In this document: positions 41,066 to 54,662 of the stretch, piece after piece | How positions within the stretch are numbered: position 1 is the stretch's first letter | How the letters are laid out: the number at the start of each line of letters is the position of its first letter | Source of the DNA: Tubulanus polymorphus | Lineage: Eukaryota; Animalia; Nemertea | Direction of reading: 5' to 3' | Assembly: GCF_964204645.1 (NCBI RefSeq) | Contig: NC_134036.1 | Location: 2,232,001 to 2,296,000 of the forward strand | DNA: 64,000 nt | Translations under genes and position numbers: made by a program | The notes under the pieces: model-generated | Told to the model about the DNA's origin: nothing | Database searches by the model: none | What the model saw: the letters and a program-made list of their open reading frames with translations, nothing else

Positions 41066-41634
41066 ACCCAACCGAACAAAGACAAATATATTCATCTGGC
41101 TTACCAACCTTAAAGGGAATATCAAGAAAAGATACCTAAGATTTTTGTAAAAATATTTTCGTAGAACAACGCATATTATTTTCTGAAGTTCCTGACATCT
41201 TTCCTGATTTTTCTAAAAGAAATTAAACCTTTCCCATTTTTATCTTGAAATATAATTTCTTCATTAATACTCACATTTATCTCACTCTATCTTGTAAGAA
41301 AAATAAAAAAGGATTTTCAGGTGATGTGTGTTTAAATACGACAGACGACACAACAATGTCTTACGGCAGGTAAACGAATATATGAGATTTCCATATTTAC
41401 TGGAGACACGCGAAGTTATATATCACTATCACTTTCTCGCGATATATCAAATTCGACCCTTTGAGAATATCACTTTACGATACGCAGAACGTGACCTTAA
41501 TGTACAAATTACAAAGAAACAGAAACAGAAAACTATTATTCACCTATTTATATATGTAAGGACACGCAGTATAATTTTCGAATATACCGTCCCTGACAAA
41601 TTCACTTATTCCATAAATGTCTCGGTTCTGGCAT

Positions 41635-41925
41635 TCACACTAAATTGATGTGGTGCGATATGTCTGACTCCATTAATGCCCCTATGACGTCAACAGCCTG
41701 CCTCCAAAAATATCCTATCGACATCATCAAATTTACGTTATTAAATAAGGCACCTTCATGAAAAGATGTCCGACTCCATAAACCCCCTATGACATCATCA
41801 AATTGATGTGGTGATATAGACACTTCCAGTAAAGATGGCTACTTACAGATATCCACCTATGACATCATCAAACTGATGTAGTAACATAGACAACTCCAGT
41901 AAAGTTGGCCGCCTCCATGAATCCA
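41635..41925. repeat. Tandem block of a dispersed repeat of about 70 bp (core CCCCTATGACATCATCAAATTGA)
   Basis: Related copies in both orientations at about 4490, 5000-5340, 18340-18590, 23570-23900, 30260-30420 and 36895-37000. Confidence 0.8.
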
Positions 41926-43118
41926 GTTACGCCGCAGACGGCTGCCGTTAATAAAACTCATCGAATCAATTTTCCGCCTGATTTTCTATCAATCTGTTAT
42001 CGATAATTCATGGCTCAATCGATTGAGAAAAAAAATGAAAAATTAGAATAACAAAAAATACTTCAAACAGATTCACCGCCCATGGAATAAATCAGCTGTT
42101 CGATTCAAACAGCATATCTCCAGCAAACGACAATCGACTGCTCAATAGGGGGGACGGCAGCCCGGAGCGGACCGATGGTTCATATTGTATTTGCATTTTT
42201 ATCGCAAAATCATTATCAATACTGCTGCCTCTAGTTTTTTTTTTTAAATGCGTATATTACAATGACTATTGTTTTAGCTATTGTTTATTACTATAGAATT
42301 AAATTGAATATTCCGTCTGCTCCAGCTGTCCGATAAACTAATATAGTTATAGCAATACAATGCATCTCAAGCTTAAACACCGGCGCTTACACCAGGATTA
42401 TGGGCTTTTGTTAAAGGACCTTAGATGATTAATAATCCTAGATGTATTTAGGATTCAAAACTAAAAAAAAAAACAAGTCCCCCAGGACCGTTTTATTTTC
42501 TAATCATTAAAATGCAGAGAGCGGCTATTAGGCTAATAGTGGTTATCTATAGTATAACTCTATCTGAGGCCTCCGGCTATCGACAAGCTGTGTCTAACCG
42601 GTGCTGTACTGATCTGCTCTGTATATTACATTTCTAGCCATATTGACGTGTATGCGTGTGTGTGTCACCAGTTCTAACGGCAAAGAGGACAGCTGCCGAT
42701 AAACCCTATAAATAAACACCTGCTTAAATTCGTCACAGTAACGACAGCAACATGTCAACTGTTTAGAAGGATCCAATGAGGGCGTTACGGGGTGTCAGCG
42801 TAAGGAAGAAGGAGGAGATGGCAGCTGAGAAGAAATAAGAGCGAGGGTTGATTCTAAATTAAGAACCTGTGATCTGTGACCTAAAATCCGAAACAAGAGT
42901 GGATCCGGTGGGCAGGGGGTGTAGTTTTTTGAGACTTGTACATGTAGATCATTTTTTTTAAATTGTCTACAAACATAAGATCGGTGCATTTCACTACACC
43001 TGATAATCATTATTGCCATGAAATTGCCACTGCTGCGGTACAGATTGATTATCCATTCGGTCAGAGTGACCTAACATTGTCTCTTGGGATGTGACATGTT
43101 CTTCTGCAAGTTTAGCCC

Positions 43119-43262
43119 CTGGGGCCAGTAGCGCAGTCATGACTTAAGTCAAAAAGTGGTCTTAAATCTTAAGACTGGTCTTAAATTGTTAGATTGGCTA
43201 TAGAACTAAGTTGGTCTTAGACTGGTCTTAAGTCTAAGCCATGACTGTGCAACCGGACCCTG
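43119..43262. mobile_element. PIF/Harbinger-type MITE, family D
   Basis: GGGCCAGTAGCGCAGTCATGACTTA...TAAGCCATGACTGTGCAACCGGACC with CTG...CTG flanks; at least 4 full copies in the window. Confidence 0.85.
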
Positions 43263-43989
43263 GTTCCCCAACCCTGCGAAATGTATCTAACCTACGAGCA
43301 AGTTTAGGTAATTGCTCGTAGATCTAACTAACTATAGCCCATTTGTAAATATAAGTTTGATACCAGATGAAGTAATACTGATCACAAGGCGTGAAGCTAT
43401 CAGCTCCAATCCACATCTTTGGATCGGGTTAAAAGATTAGATCTGAATAAGGTTTTTCGGTCCAAACATCGAGCAAAACATCGCACAGAATAATACGAAT
43501 CTATGAGGCGATAAAAGGTGCAGGACTGCAGTTTGATATCTGCATTATCGCGAATTTGGCAGGAATAGACCCCCAGAGAATTGGAAAGCCTCTATCTCTC
43601 CCTCTTTCTCTCTCTCCCTCTCTCCCTCTCTCCCTCTCTCCCTCTCTCTCCCGTCCTGTGCGCGCAGGGAAAAACAGTATCTGCACACAGGAATTCATGA
43701 GGTTTTATATTGACCGTTTAGCCGTATAAACTGTTTATAAAATACCCGCCGATATTTACAGTAATAGATACACTGTTTTAGTGCGCGCGATGTAACGATT
43801 AACTGTGGAGAAGGTATAGCAGACGAGATGAGATCAACAATCAACAGAGTGAGAACAACAAGAAGATATCGGACGGAGGGCGGGGAGAGTATCGTCGGGA
43901 TATCGGAGAGCGTGTTGTAAATAAACATGTGATACAATCATTGACCGGTCAAACATCCAACAACACGGACGAACATTACACCAGCAGGA

Positions 43990-44495
43990 ACTCAAGTCCA
44001 GTACAACCTAATCTGTTAACGGCATCAGTGCAGCCTTATTGTACCATCTGCTTGCTTGAGCAAAGCCGTAACAAAAAACCAGACCAAGTCCAGTACAACC
44101 TATATATCTGTTAACGGCATTAGTGCAGCCTTACTGCACCAACTGCTTGCTTGAGCAAAGCCGTAGCAAAAAAAAACCAGTCCAAGTCCAGTACAACCTA
44201 TATATCTGTTAACAACATTAGTAGAGGCTAACTGTAAAACTGCTTGCTTGAGCAAAGCCGTAGCAAAAAACCAATCCAAGTCCAGTACAACCTATATATC
44301 TGTTAACAGCATTAGTGCAGCTTTACTGTACAAACCGCTTGCTTGAGCAAAGCCGTAACAAAAAACCACACCAAGTCCAGTACAACCTATATATCTGTTA
44401 ACAGCATTAGTGCAGCCTTGCTGTAAAACTGCTTGCTTGAGCAAAGCCGTAGCAAAAAAAACCAGTCCAAGTCCAGTACAACCTATATATCTTAG
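43990..44495. repeat. Tandem repeat of about 95 bp, 5+ copies, with a degenerate tail to about 44720
   Basis: CAAGTCCAGTACAACC recurs at about 43993, 44085, 44182, 44277, 44372 and 44468. Confidence 0.93.
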
Positions 44496-47400
44496 CATTA
44501 GTAGAGCTTGTACTTATTCACATCACTACAGCCTTACTGTAAAAACCAACTGTATTGCTAGGACAGAGCCGTAGCAAAAGGTCTATCATTGAAGCCTATC
44601 TATCTTATATTGTACCAGGGAGGTCTTGATTGTACCAACCACTTGCTTAAGCAAAGCCGTAGAAAAAAATCTATCGTTACCATGTGCCAACTGTATAGCT
44701 AGGGCAGAGTAAATCGTAGCAATTAAGTTTTGGTTGCTGAAATTTGGTTGCTGAAATTTCTAAGACATAATTCTATCACGCAAACGCAGTGCCAATAAGT
44801 ATACAACCGATTTAATGAAATCAACTGTTTCCTCAATTTCGATTTCGTCATCTTTCTTGTTACTGTTTTCAATAGTCCAAGGTTTTACGAATAAAAAAAA
44901 ATGTTGCAACAAAATTAATAATATTGTATCTCATTGTTGACAAGCGCGATGAAACAGTCAGCGTGGTAACGGCCATAATTATAGGTACAACTAACAGACA
45001 ACCCGTAGATGATATACATGGATGATAATATCATTGCGATTATCGAATAAAATATCAAGTTTCTGATATACGTTTCAATTATTGAGAGTTTAATAGCATA
45101 GAATTAATACAAATATCGAATTTTACGTCGGACAGACTGGATTGTGGATGAGTTTTCATCAGCAGTGACAGTATTTCGAAATGACAAATGCAGAAACAAA
45201 CTAAAATCTGATATCTCTAAATGTAGTTGTTTCCGCAAAAATTGAGAGAGTAATTTTACATAAAGAATCGGTAAAGTTAATGTGAAAATGAACTACATAA
45301 ATTGATTCTGATTTTGTAGAGTATTTTGATATTTTTTTGGGAGAAGGAAAGCTCTTGAGAAAGTAGTAGAATCTACTCTCAAAGAGTACATTACAAATAC
45401 ATTTAACACCCAGTTCAGCCAGAGATGAGTATATTGTATCAATAATACATTTAGGTTATCTGTATTTGCACTTTTTTTCTATTTCCAGGTTAACGAAGTT
45501 TGACGAAGGATTTTTAAACAAAACAAACTGATGTAATCGAAACCGACGAAGTATTACAGAAAAAATACCACAAACCTCTAATTAGTTATTACTTGTAATA
45601 TCAGTATCTAGACCAAACTCGAGGACTTGATTTTGCCTCACGGGCGAACGAACACATTGAAAGTGAAATAATGTTACCAAAAAAAACTGAACAGAAAAGT
45701 CTGATTTAATTTTATGAAAGTGAAATAATTTTACGATAAACTTATTCTACAATAAAACTTAATCGCCACAGTCTGCCACTGGGAGTCTTGTGTGACGTTT
45801 CAAGGCATGATAATTGAGTTGATGTTTTTTATTTTTCTTTTGAAAATATTTGAAGCTAGATTAAGCTGTAAATGAACTAGAATATAAACTCACTAGAATA
45901 TATATGCACAAGTAACCGATATATTCAACCCCTGGGCGTCAGTAACAGGGAGGAAAAGCTTTAAAAGGTCGAGTAAGAATTGCTGGCCTGGATAAAAATG
46001 AATTAACCAAATAGGAAAAATGTCCATGAAACTTGAGCTTAAGGGTCAAATTAATTATTGGAAAAAGATTGGCTAAGCTAACTTCTGCAAATGCCTCTAG
46101 CATGCCTCATTTTATGAATCTATTTTCTAACTGAAGTAGGAAACAGAAAAACAACTCACAACAATGACAATTAAATCGTTTAAACCCGTATTTAAACAAA
46201 TCGCTTTGTAATTCAGTACGGCCTGTTTACCCAGCCGCGGGCGCTTGTAACCCTACACGCGAAATAGCCCGCGGTGAATGTTTACTCGCGGAGTAAGGCA
46301 AGCTGTATTGACTAAACGGATCTGCTTACTCCGCGAGTATTCATCTAAACTAGGGAGTATACCGGTAAATTAATTACTACTCCTTAGATTTGTTATTAAA
46401 CTCGGATGAAAATCGATGACCTCGCCGTGGTCACTATAGCAGCCGAAAATATCACTTAAAAATGACGAAAATACCCATTAAAATGTCGATTTTCCTAGAA
46501 CTAATCATTCTCTTTTTCTAGAATGTCAATTTTTCAAAATGTTGCTTAATTTATTTATTCTATACCAGGGAGTTGGCCCGAGGTATAATGTCGATGGTTC
46601 GCGAATTTGTAGGGTCATGTTAGGACCTAAGAGGCGTCACTGGCGGTACTCCCAAAATCGGTTAAGGATAATATGGGAATAAGGAAAACAAGTGTTATCA
46701 ATTAATTAATTATACTATAGTGCATTGAACGTGTATTTACAGCAGCGGGTCTGTGTGAAATGCAATAACAGCCTAAGCTAAGAGAGTTCAGCACAGAGAA
46801 CTGTATAGACGTTATACAGTCAGCTACTGGGGTCACTGATTACAGGGATTATATTTTGAGATTAATATCATTGAGTTGATATGATCAGACTTATATCCCG
46901 GTTAGGCCTAGATGGATTAGTGTGAAACTGCGGTCATTCATGCGTTTGTATTCTTAATCTGAAATGTTTTTTTTTTTTAAGATTCATTGTCAAATCTGGT
47001 CAGAATATTAAATTTGGGTTTGGTCTGGATGATATTCGTAAGACCATGGTCATTCTTACGTTTGTTCGCATTCTATGACTGAAATGATTTCTAAGATTCA
47101 TTTTCAAATCTGGTCGGAATAGTAAATTTGAGTTGAGACCATGTTAAAGTCGAGTTTGATATTCCATTGCTGAAATATTCTCAAATTTGGTTTTCAGTTT
47201 AGAAAGTTCGCGGGATTCTAATAAGGAGAGATCCATGATGCACTAACCGATTGATAATATAATCCCGCTACTCCGCTGTGTAAACAGACGCGATTAACAT
47301 TTCATGAAATTTTAATCCGTTAATTTGCGTTAATCCATATTTAGAGCCGTGAACACTGCCACTGACGGCTATATTCCGGAGAGGACGGGGCAGACGTTAA

Positions 47401-49449
47401 TCAAATTCGCTTGAGAATATTTCCCAGTGAAAAATATATAATTCATAAATATTCACTCTCTATGAGTCCTCGAAACAAGCAGCCGATTTCGAATGACCGA
47501 CGGTATCCTATCCTAGCATACTGCAGTTGCTTAGAGAATATTTCACGGATCGCCACTATCCCGAGAAATATTTAAGTTATAAACATTCGTTTTCTAAGAG
47601 TCTTTGCAACAAAGGACGAAGCAGCCGATTTCGACTAGCTGCCGGTATCCTACCCTAGCACACAGTGTCGATAACCTGCTATGCCGGTATCCTATCCTAG
47701 CACACAGGTGCCGCAGTCGCTCGGAAGTTGGTCACGGCAAGACGATGCCAATTCAATTTTCACAACAGCAACCACCAGCTAACTTTGACCAACTGTCTCC
47801 CGAAACAACAAATAACCTTCGATCTATTGCTCAGCAACAACTGGCTCCAGATTCACGGCTAATAATATTTCCTTTCCATTAACAATTTTATAAATCCAAA
47901 CTGTTATTTCTAAAATCCTTACAAGATTCGATAAGACACTATAATCAGTTTGGAATTATTGGAACTTGAGAAACTGCCAGTAAAGTGCGCGAAGATTCTA
48001 GAGACTCGATGCGGTCAAATAAAACTGATTGATTATCAACTATATATGCGTCTGACTTTCTTGAAGAAAAAAGAAATATCGAATTTCTAAATCGGTGTAG
48101 ACGTAAATATTTAACGGAGACAAAAATTATCGATTATCCAAAATAATCTATATTCGGTATTCAAATCCGAATGAATCATATTGTCAAAATATTTGTTTTT
48201 TGAAAATTGGGCAGACGACCCGGACACGAATCCCTAAACGGGGATATGACCCGGAGGATGATTTGTTCTATTTTCTGACTAGCCGTCTAAACGTCTCAAC
48301 CGCAAAACACGGACATAGATTTTACCACAAATTACGATCGTAGTCTATCACTCTCCAGGACTGGATTTGACCACTTTCCAATCCTAAATAAACTAGTGTC
48401 ACAGGTCGTGGATATTCCATCCAACCACCCATCACTACCACTTTATATATGTGTATAATCCGGGAGTAATATTAATCCGAGTGTAATAACTATAAAGAGC
48501 AACCAGCTGGCGGCGAATTTAGTGCGAAGTTATAGTAGTCGTTGTGTAGAAACAAGTGGATGATTTTAACTTACACCAGCACGGAGCTTGCGCTATCAAC
48601 ATTGTACGCGACGAGAGACGGAGTGAGATGGAGCAACTTACACTTACATCTCCCCTGTCTAGACCCCCCTCTACCCAGCCCTCTCCCCTTTAACACCTAC
48701 ATTCATCCTTTTTTCTCATTATAAATTCACCCTCTTTTCTCATTACATAACAATTTTCCTGCAACGCGACCTAGAAACCTATATATTTTTAATCATCTAC
48801 CAAAATCTGATTTCTGCCTTGCGAGTCTATCCTAGTGTTAACAGCCATATCTATCGGTGACTACAAAAGCATAATCTTCGTCTAAACTAACGCGAGCTCG
48901 CGCTATCAACATTGTACGCGACGAGGTACGCGACGAGAAACGGAGGGAGATGTCCATCCGTCCTACAGAGAAACGTGCCACCTAACCCCCCCCCCCCTCC
49001 CCCTTCGCATCTGCATTCACCCTATTCAGATTACATATTCATTTTCCAGGGCAACGCGACCTAGAAACCTATATTATACTTTTATGATTTACCGAAACCG
49101 CAGTGTCAGCCTTGTTGCAAGGCTATGATAGTTAAAAGGTTACTGCAAAAGCCTTCGTCCGCTTGATTATAAAAACCTTTCTGATTTACAGGGGTCCGGT
49201 CTAACTAATTCGCATCACCCTAATCCAGAGTTCAATGACATTCTATCAAATTCATTCCTGACAATAATATATCCACAGTCTATGTACACATAGAACAGAG
49301 ATATTCAAGCGACTAGTCCAGACCTATGTCCAGACCTATGAATATAGGGACCACGACTATCCACCCCACTTTCACCTGATGTAGGTCCCATGGTTACTAC
49401 AACTAGTCCGGACCACACTGGACCACCGTTTGTGTATATGTATACTCAC

Positions 49450-49600
49450 ACTATCATAACAATAACATAACAAGTCCACGAGTTATCCGGTATCCGTGTT
49501 ATCCGTGCGCGGCCGACGCGAACGTACTTAGCAGCAGCAGCAGCAGCGGCGATCTCGGCACCACGAGTAGTAGAGTTCACGTGTATAAATATATCAAATC
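49450..49600 (-). other. Candidate upstream non-coding (5' UTR) exon of the receptor gene
   Basis: CpG/CTG-rich stretch ending in donor-like AGT|GTGAGTA near 49450, with an AT-rich TATA-like element near 49590. Confidence 0.3.
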
Positions 49601-49786
49601 GGTAACAGATGTGTTGTTACTATACCATCGGCTCCGATACCAGCTAAACAGCGGCCGAACGCGAACATCGACTACAACAACATCAGCGGTCGGATTGAGA
49701 ACGCGAGGCGATGACCTTAATTCATCCCGTTTTTAATCCAGTTTAATATACGCTGACCCTGCATAGCGTTGACATGACAATTAAAC

Positions 49787-49923
49787 CAGGAACGAGTTGC
49801 TGAAGAGTTAATTAAAGTTAACCAGTGGGTAGTTGACATGGTGACAATTAAAAGACCATTGTTACTATTGTATTTATCCACCGGTTAATCCATAAACCAA
49901 CTTTTAAACAACTGCAGCCCCTG
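49787..49923. mobile_element. Degenerate MITE, family C
   Basis: Similar to the reverse complement of 10869-11001 (GTTAACCAGTGGGTAGTTGACATGGTGACAATT...CCAACTTTT). Confidence 0.65.
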
Positions 49924-50029
49924 TCCAATAAACTTGCCCTAGCGGCTAACTACACTGAGATATCTATCATACCATAGATAGCTCCTGATATTGTAAGCGA
50001 TTTGCTTTCAGTCAAGTTTATGGGAGGTT

Positions 50030-50221
50030 CAATGTACTCGTCTCATCGACGCGAAAAGACCGTCGACGTATCACATTCATTCATTGTGTTCGCTCCGTTC
50101 ACGAAGCAACATTTTCTAAAGATGCCCCAGTTTTGAGAGAGCGCTCGCGAGCTAGAAACGCTCCGCTCGCAGTGGTCTACATAGCGTATGTTGTTATTGG
50201 CGAGATGAGCCGGGTACATTG
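50030..50221. mobile_element. Probable MITE
   Basis: Imperfect TIR CAATGTACTCGTCTCATC / GATGAGCCGGGTACATTG. Confidence 0.45.
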
Positions 50222-51499
50222 TTATATATATACGGCTTCAAATGGCAGACCGAATGGGACAAAATAGCGGCCACTAAACCACATGCGCTTCCTGGATGTA
50301 AACATTATACTAAGAGTTTTTTTTTCCCAGAAAATTTAAAATATTCAAAATAGGATTCCTTTCAATTAGAATCTTCTGGTTAAAAACATACGCGTTCTCT
50401 TGATTCTCTCAAAAATGGAAAAAGAAGTTATTCATAAATTTTCTATGATAGAATTTTTGTAATTCCGTAACCGAAAAAAAAACCCCGATGCTTTCAAAAT
50501 TTTGTCAGTTAACTTCTCAGATATTTTCTAATGTGATATAGGATGGTCGCATAAAATATTGATTTTCTAAGCTCTGCATCGTCCAACTGGGATATCAAAA
50601 CATATTTTGCGTTTTTCTCAAAAAGGGTCTATCTCCAGTAACGACCTATCTATATGAGATATCTATTTATATAAGCGCGCATTTCATATGTTAAACTCGA
50701 TAACGGTTTAAATTTAAAGGCAATTATAAATCTATATATCATTAATATTATCAGAATCGGTGATAAGCCGTTCTCCTTAGAGATAACGGTCAACCTAACA
50801 ACCGAATATACCAACCGACTGTATTATTGTAGCCTGTTTCATAAATAGAAGTGACTTCGACTTTTATTGACCTCGAAGTAACACAGATAAAATATAATTT
50901 TCTTTTGAATCGAACATGAAAAGAATACTTACGCCTAATCAGAAATTATAAAAACGTTAAGTTCAATCTTTGACTCTCAAACGTGATTTTTGAGTCCACG
51001 GTTCAAATCAGTTTATTACGAAGACTTAGATAGTAATTAAGTTTATCAAAGTGATTTCAGTTCGCAAAAAACCCGATTTTATCTTTTCGAAATTTTTTTG
51101 AAACAAACACAAAGTTTTTAAGCCATTCGAAGTTTTCGGTAATTCGTATAATTCTCATCGAGGAATTCTAATAGAGAAACGGAATGCTGACAATTTTCTA
51201 TCCTGACATAATCAAAACAAAACTTAACTTTATTCAAAATATCATTGCTGAACTTCGGGTTATTTATTTAGAATTAGAAAGGAAAACTGTGAAAAAAAAT
51301 TCAAAACTTCCCAAATAGAAATTAGAAAATTAGCCCGTTCAGATTTAATTTTAATTTAATTTTCAGATTTAATTTAAAAAATCGTTATAGAATAATATAG
51401 GTTAAAGAAAAATTAACTTATCGCAAGGATCTTCAGGTAAATTAATCCGAAAACGATATGAATCAATCCTAATTCCATTATGAACGAAAGGGAAACCCG

Positions 51500-51568
51500 A
51501 TATCCAAATATCAGTTATCCAAATATCAGTTATCCAAATATCAGTTATCCAAATATCAGTTATCCAAA
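51500..51568. repeat. 15-bp tandem repeat TATCCAAATATCAGT x4.5
   Basis: Direct inspection. Confidence 0.9.
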
Positions 51569-51865
51569 AATATGAAACATAATCCAATCCTATTTAATTT
51601 TACTCCACGATTTAAATCCCAAGAGGTTTATTCGCAAAAAACAGGCACAAATCCTCACAATATTCCTCTCAAATGTAAGAGCTGACGGTAGCCTTACATA
51701 TACGAAATCACAAACAGATCCTATCTTAATAACGATCAATCACAATATGGCAGTAAAACGTAAACGTACATCGCATATAGAAATCAGAATTTCGTGAACT
51801 CGACTCTAAATCCAAATCGAGAGGATTATGCTGTTCATAATCCATCGTCGAATCCGTCGTAACGG

Positions 51866-52200
51866 TCGTAGAATCCTGTCATAGAATCCCTGTCATAGAA
51901 TCCCGGTCATAGAATCTCTGTCATAGAATCTCTGTCATAGAATCCCTGTCGTAGAATCCTGTCATAGAATCCTGTCGTAGAATCCCTGTCATAGAATCCA
52001 GTCATAGAATCCCTGTCGTAGAATCCTGTCGTAGAATCCCTGTCATAGCATCCCTGTCGTAGAATCCCTGTCGTAGAATCCTGTCGTAGAATCCTGTCGT
52101 AGAATCTCTGTCATAGAATCCTGTCATAGAATCCTGTCGCAGAATCCTGTCATAGAATCCTGTCATAGAATCCTGTCATAGAATCCTGTCATAGAATCCT
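51866..52200. repeat. 13/14-bp minisatellite GTC(A/G)TAGAATCC(C)T
   Basis: Direct inspection. Confidence 0.95.
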
Positions 52201-52639
52201 AGAAACCTCCGGTAATAAAGTGACAACCGCATTAACAAGGTCAAAAGCGGAAATACACAGAATACGCACATCAAAGGTAATCACCCAACAAGGAAACGGT
52301 TTTAATAATTCCACGAAAAAAATCCACGTAACTCCCAATAGGTGTATGATATAGGTCGGCAATAAGGTAAGATTCAAACGTATTCAAACCTCAAGAATCG
52401 ACGTGGCATCCACGCTGTATAACGCTAATAACATATATACCTACAAACATGAATATCATGAGATATGTGTGTTTAAATATCTAACTGTTATGGACTGATA
52501 AGAGCTGCGCGCGCATGCCAACTAGACCGGTTGACACACTAGGCTAGGTCGTGTGCGGTAAGTTGTATATACGAGTAGAGAGGGAGATTACCGGCAGTAA
52601 AAGCAGTACCGATATCACGGCGCGCACTAGTCGTGTGCG

Positions 52640-52641
<2 letters not shown>

Positions 52642-52715
<74 letters not shown>
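52642..52715. repeat. (GA)n microsatellite
   Basis: Direct inspection. Confidence 0.97.
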
Positions 52716-52719
<4 letters not shown>

Positions 52720-52988
52720 ATGCGTGTGTGACAAGGATAAACAGTTCTCTGTCGCTAATGGATCTCCGTGAAACTAGTAACATCTGGTTATCTTGCAATC
52801 ATAGTTCATGTGTATCTATACCGAGTACCAGGGGCCTAGGAGCACGCGCGGCGGCATAGATCCCGTCCGTACGGGGGCACGGACCACACTTAAACTGATA
52901 TATCCATGATTTTTATAGCTTACGAAAAAAAATCTAAGTAATTTGATATAAAATATCAGTTTGATTGATAATTTACGAGGAAATATCC

Positions 52989-53102
52989 CGGGTCTAGTTT
53001 TATAGACTGGTATTACCTTTAACCCGAGGGCTAACTTAATTCATTTTCAATTGCATTAGCCCTCGGGTTAAAGGTAATGCCGGACTATGAAACCAGGTCC
53101 TG
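52989..53102. mobile_element. Fold-back MITE, family E
   Basis: Near-palindromic: ATTACCTTTAACCCGAGGGCTAA...TTAGCCCTCGGGTTAAAGGTAAT. A second copy lies at 54551-54662 and a fragment near 58499-58550. Confidence 0.8.
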
Positions 53103-53429
53103 ATTTTTGGGAGTATTTTGATATTTTCGATATCGAGAAGTGTAGGTCTTCGAAATATGAGAATGATTTGACGTATAATATCAAAACTTGAAAATATTCA
53201 GATTTTTGAAAGTATTTTGATATAGTTGGATCATACGTGTCATTTGAAAAGGTCAAGGTTAACACGTACGCGGGTAGTCGCGACGACTGAAGGATAAAAA
53301 AACATGGCCGATATTTGATTCGAAGAAAATACGATAAAAACTGTTAACACAGAAATGGATCGATATCAAACCCAGACGATACCTTGTTACTACTTCGACA
53401 CGGGGATGTACATGTCACCTGGTGAATGT

Positions 53430-54420
53430 CGGGAGGAATTCGAACTATATTTTTCCATCGAAAAACTCTCCAAACTACGAAGTTCTTCACGGAAATATTT
53501 TATAATTGTCACCTGTCGATATCAAGATAAACTCTGAACCTTTTTCCCCGAAAAACTCACCAAAAACTATATTACTACCTTCAGATCCATAAAAAAGGTT
53601 CTTATCTACTACTCAATACTACTAGTTCAAAAGACGATCTAACAATTCCAAGACCATTGACCGTAGGTTCCGGTGGTCAGTAGTTTCCTATCAAGAGTTG
53701 CTTTAAGTAGCCGCAAAATTCTAGCAGAACTTCGAAATCGACTTAAAACATTTACCATCAGTTGGCTAAATGAAAGTAGCTCGAAACTCCAACTACATTT
53801 TTCCGTCGAAAAACTCGTCAAATTACGAAGTTCTACGCAGAAATATTTATACTTTTTCACCTGTCGATATCAGAAGAAACTTTGAACCTTTTCCTCCGAA
53901 AAATCTCACCAAACACTTAAAATATTTATAATTTTCAGATCCATAAAAAAGGTTTTTATCTACTCATTACTACTAGTTCAGAGACGATCTTACAATTCCG
54001 ACACCAATGACCGTTTCTGTGGTCGGTAGTTTCCTATCAAGAGTTGCTTTAAGTAGCCGCAAAATTCTAGCAGAACTTCAAAATCTATTGAGAAAATTAA
54101 CGATGGACTGGCTAAATTAAAGTAGCTACAAAAACTAGAAGAACATCTTAAATCTATGAGAAAGTTTACAATAAGATGGCTAAAGTTACGTAGCTCCAAA
54201 TTCCATGAGACAACAAGATTTATAAAAAAAGGTTTTACCAAAACTAACAAAACATTAAATCTATGAAGAAATGTACCATGAGTTGGCCAAAGTTAACTAG
54301 CCCCAAATTCAAGGAGACAAAAAGATTTATAAAAACACGTTTTACCATGAGAAGGCTTAAGTAACGTAGCCCCTAACAGACAACAAGATTTATTTTTTTA
54401 AAGTTTTATCATGAGATGAC
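53430..54420. repeat. Complex local duplications (unit of about 350 bp plus shorter units)
   Basis: TTTCCTATCAAGAGTTGCTTTAAGTAGCCGCAAAATTCTAGCAGAACTTC at about 53684 and 54030. Confidence 0.85.
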
Positions 54421-54550
54421 GTGCCTTCAAAAACATAGCAGAGCAGACATCAAGATCTATGAAAAATAATGTAAGTATTTAAGTACATTGACCGTGGTCA
54501 GAACCGAGTACCAAACGTTGTCTGACGTACCCCCAAAACCTCCCAAACCC

Positions 54551-54662
54551 CAGGGGCTGGTTTGATAGACTGGTATTACCTTTAACCCAGGGGCTAACTC
54601 AATTCATTTTCAATTGAGTTAGCCCCCGAACTGAAGGTAATACCGGTCCATGAAACCAGGCC
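54551..54662. mobile_element. Fold-back MITE, family E
   Basis: Closely similar to 52989-53102. Confidence 0.8.

Noticed and set aside
43990-44495. CRISPR-like array
   Set aside because: Whole units repeat with no unique spacers, the context is eukaryotic, and there are no cas genes.
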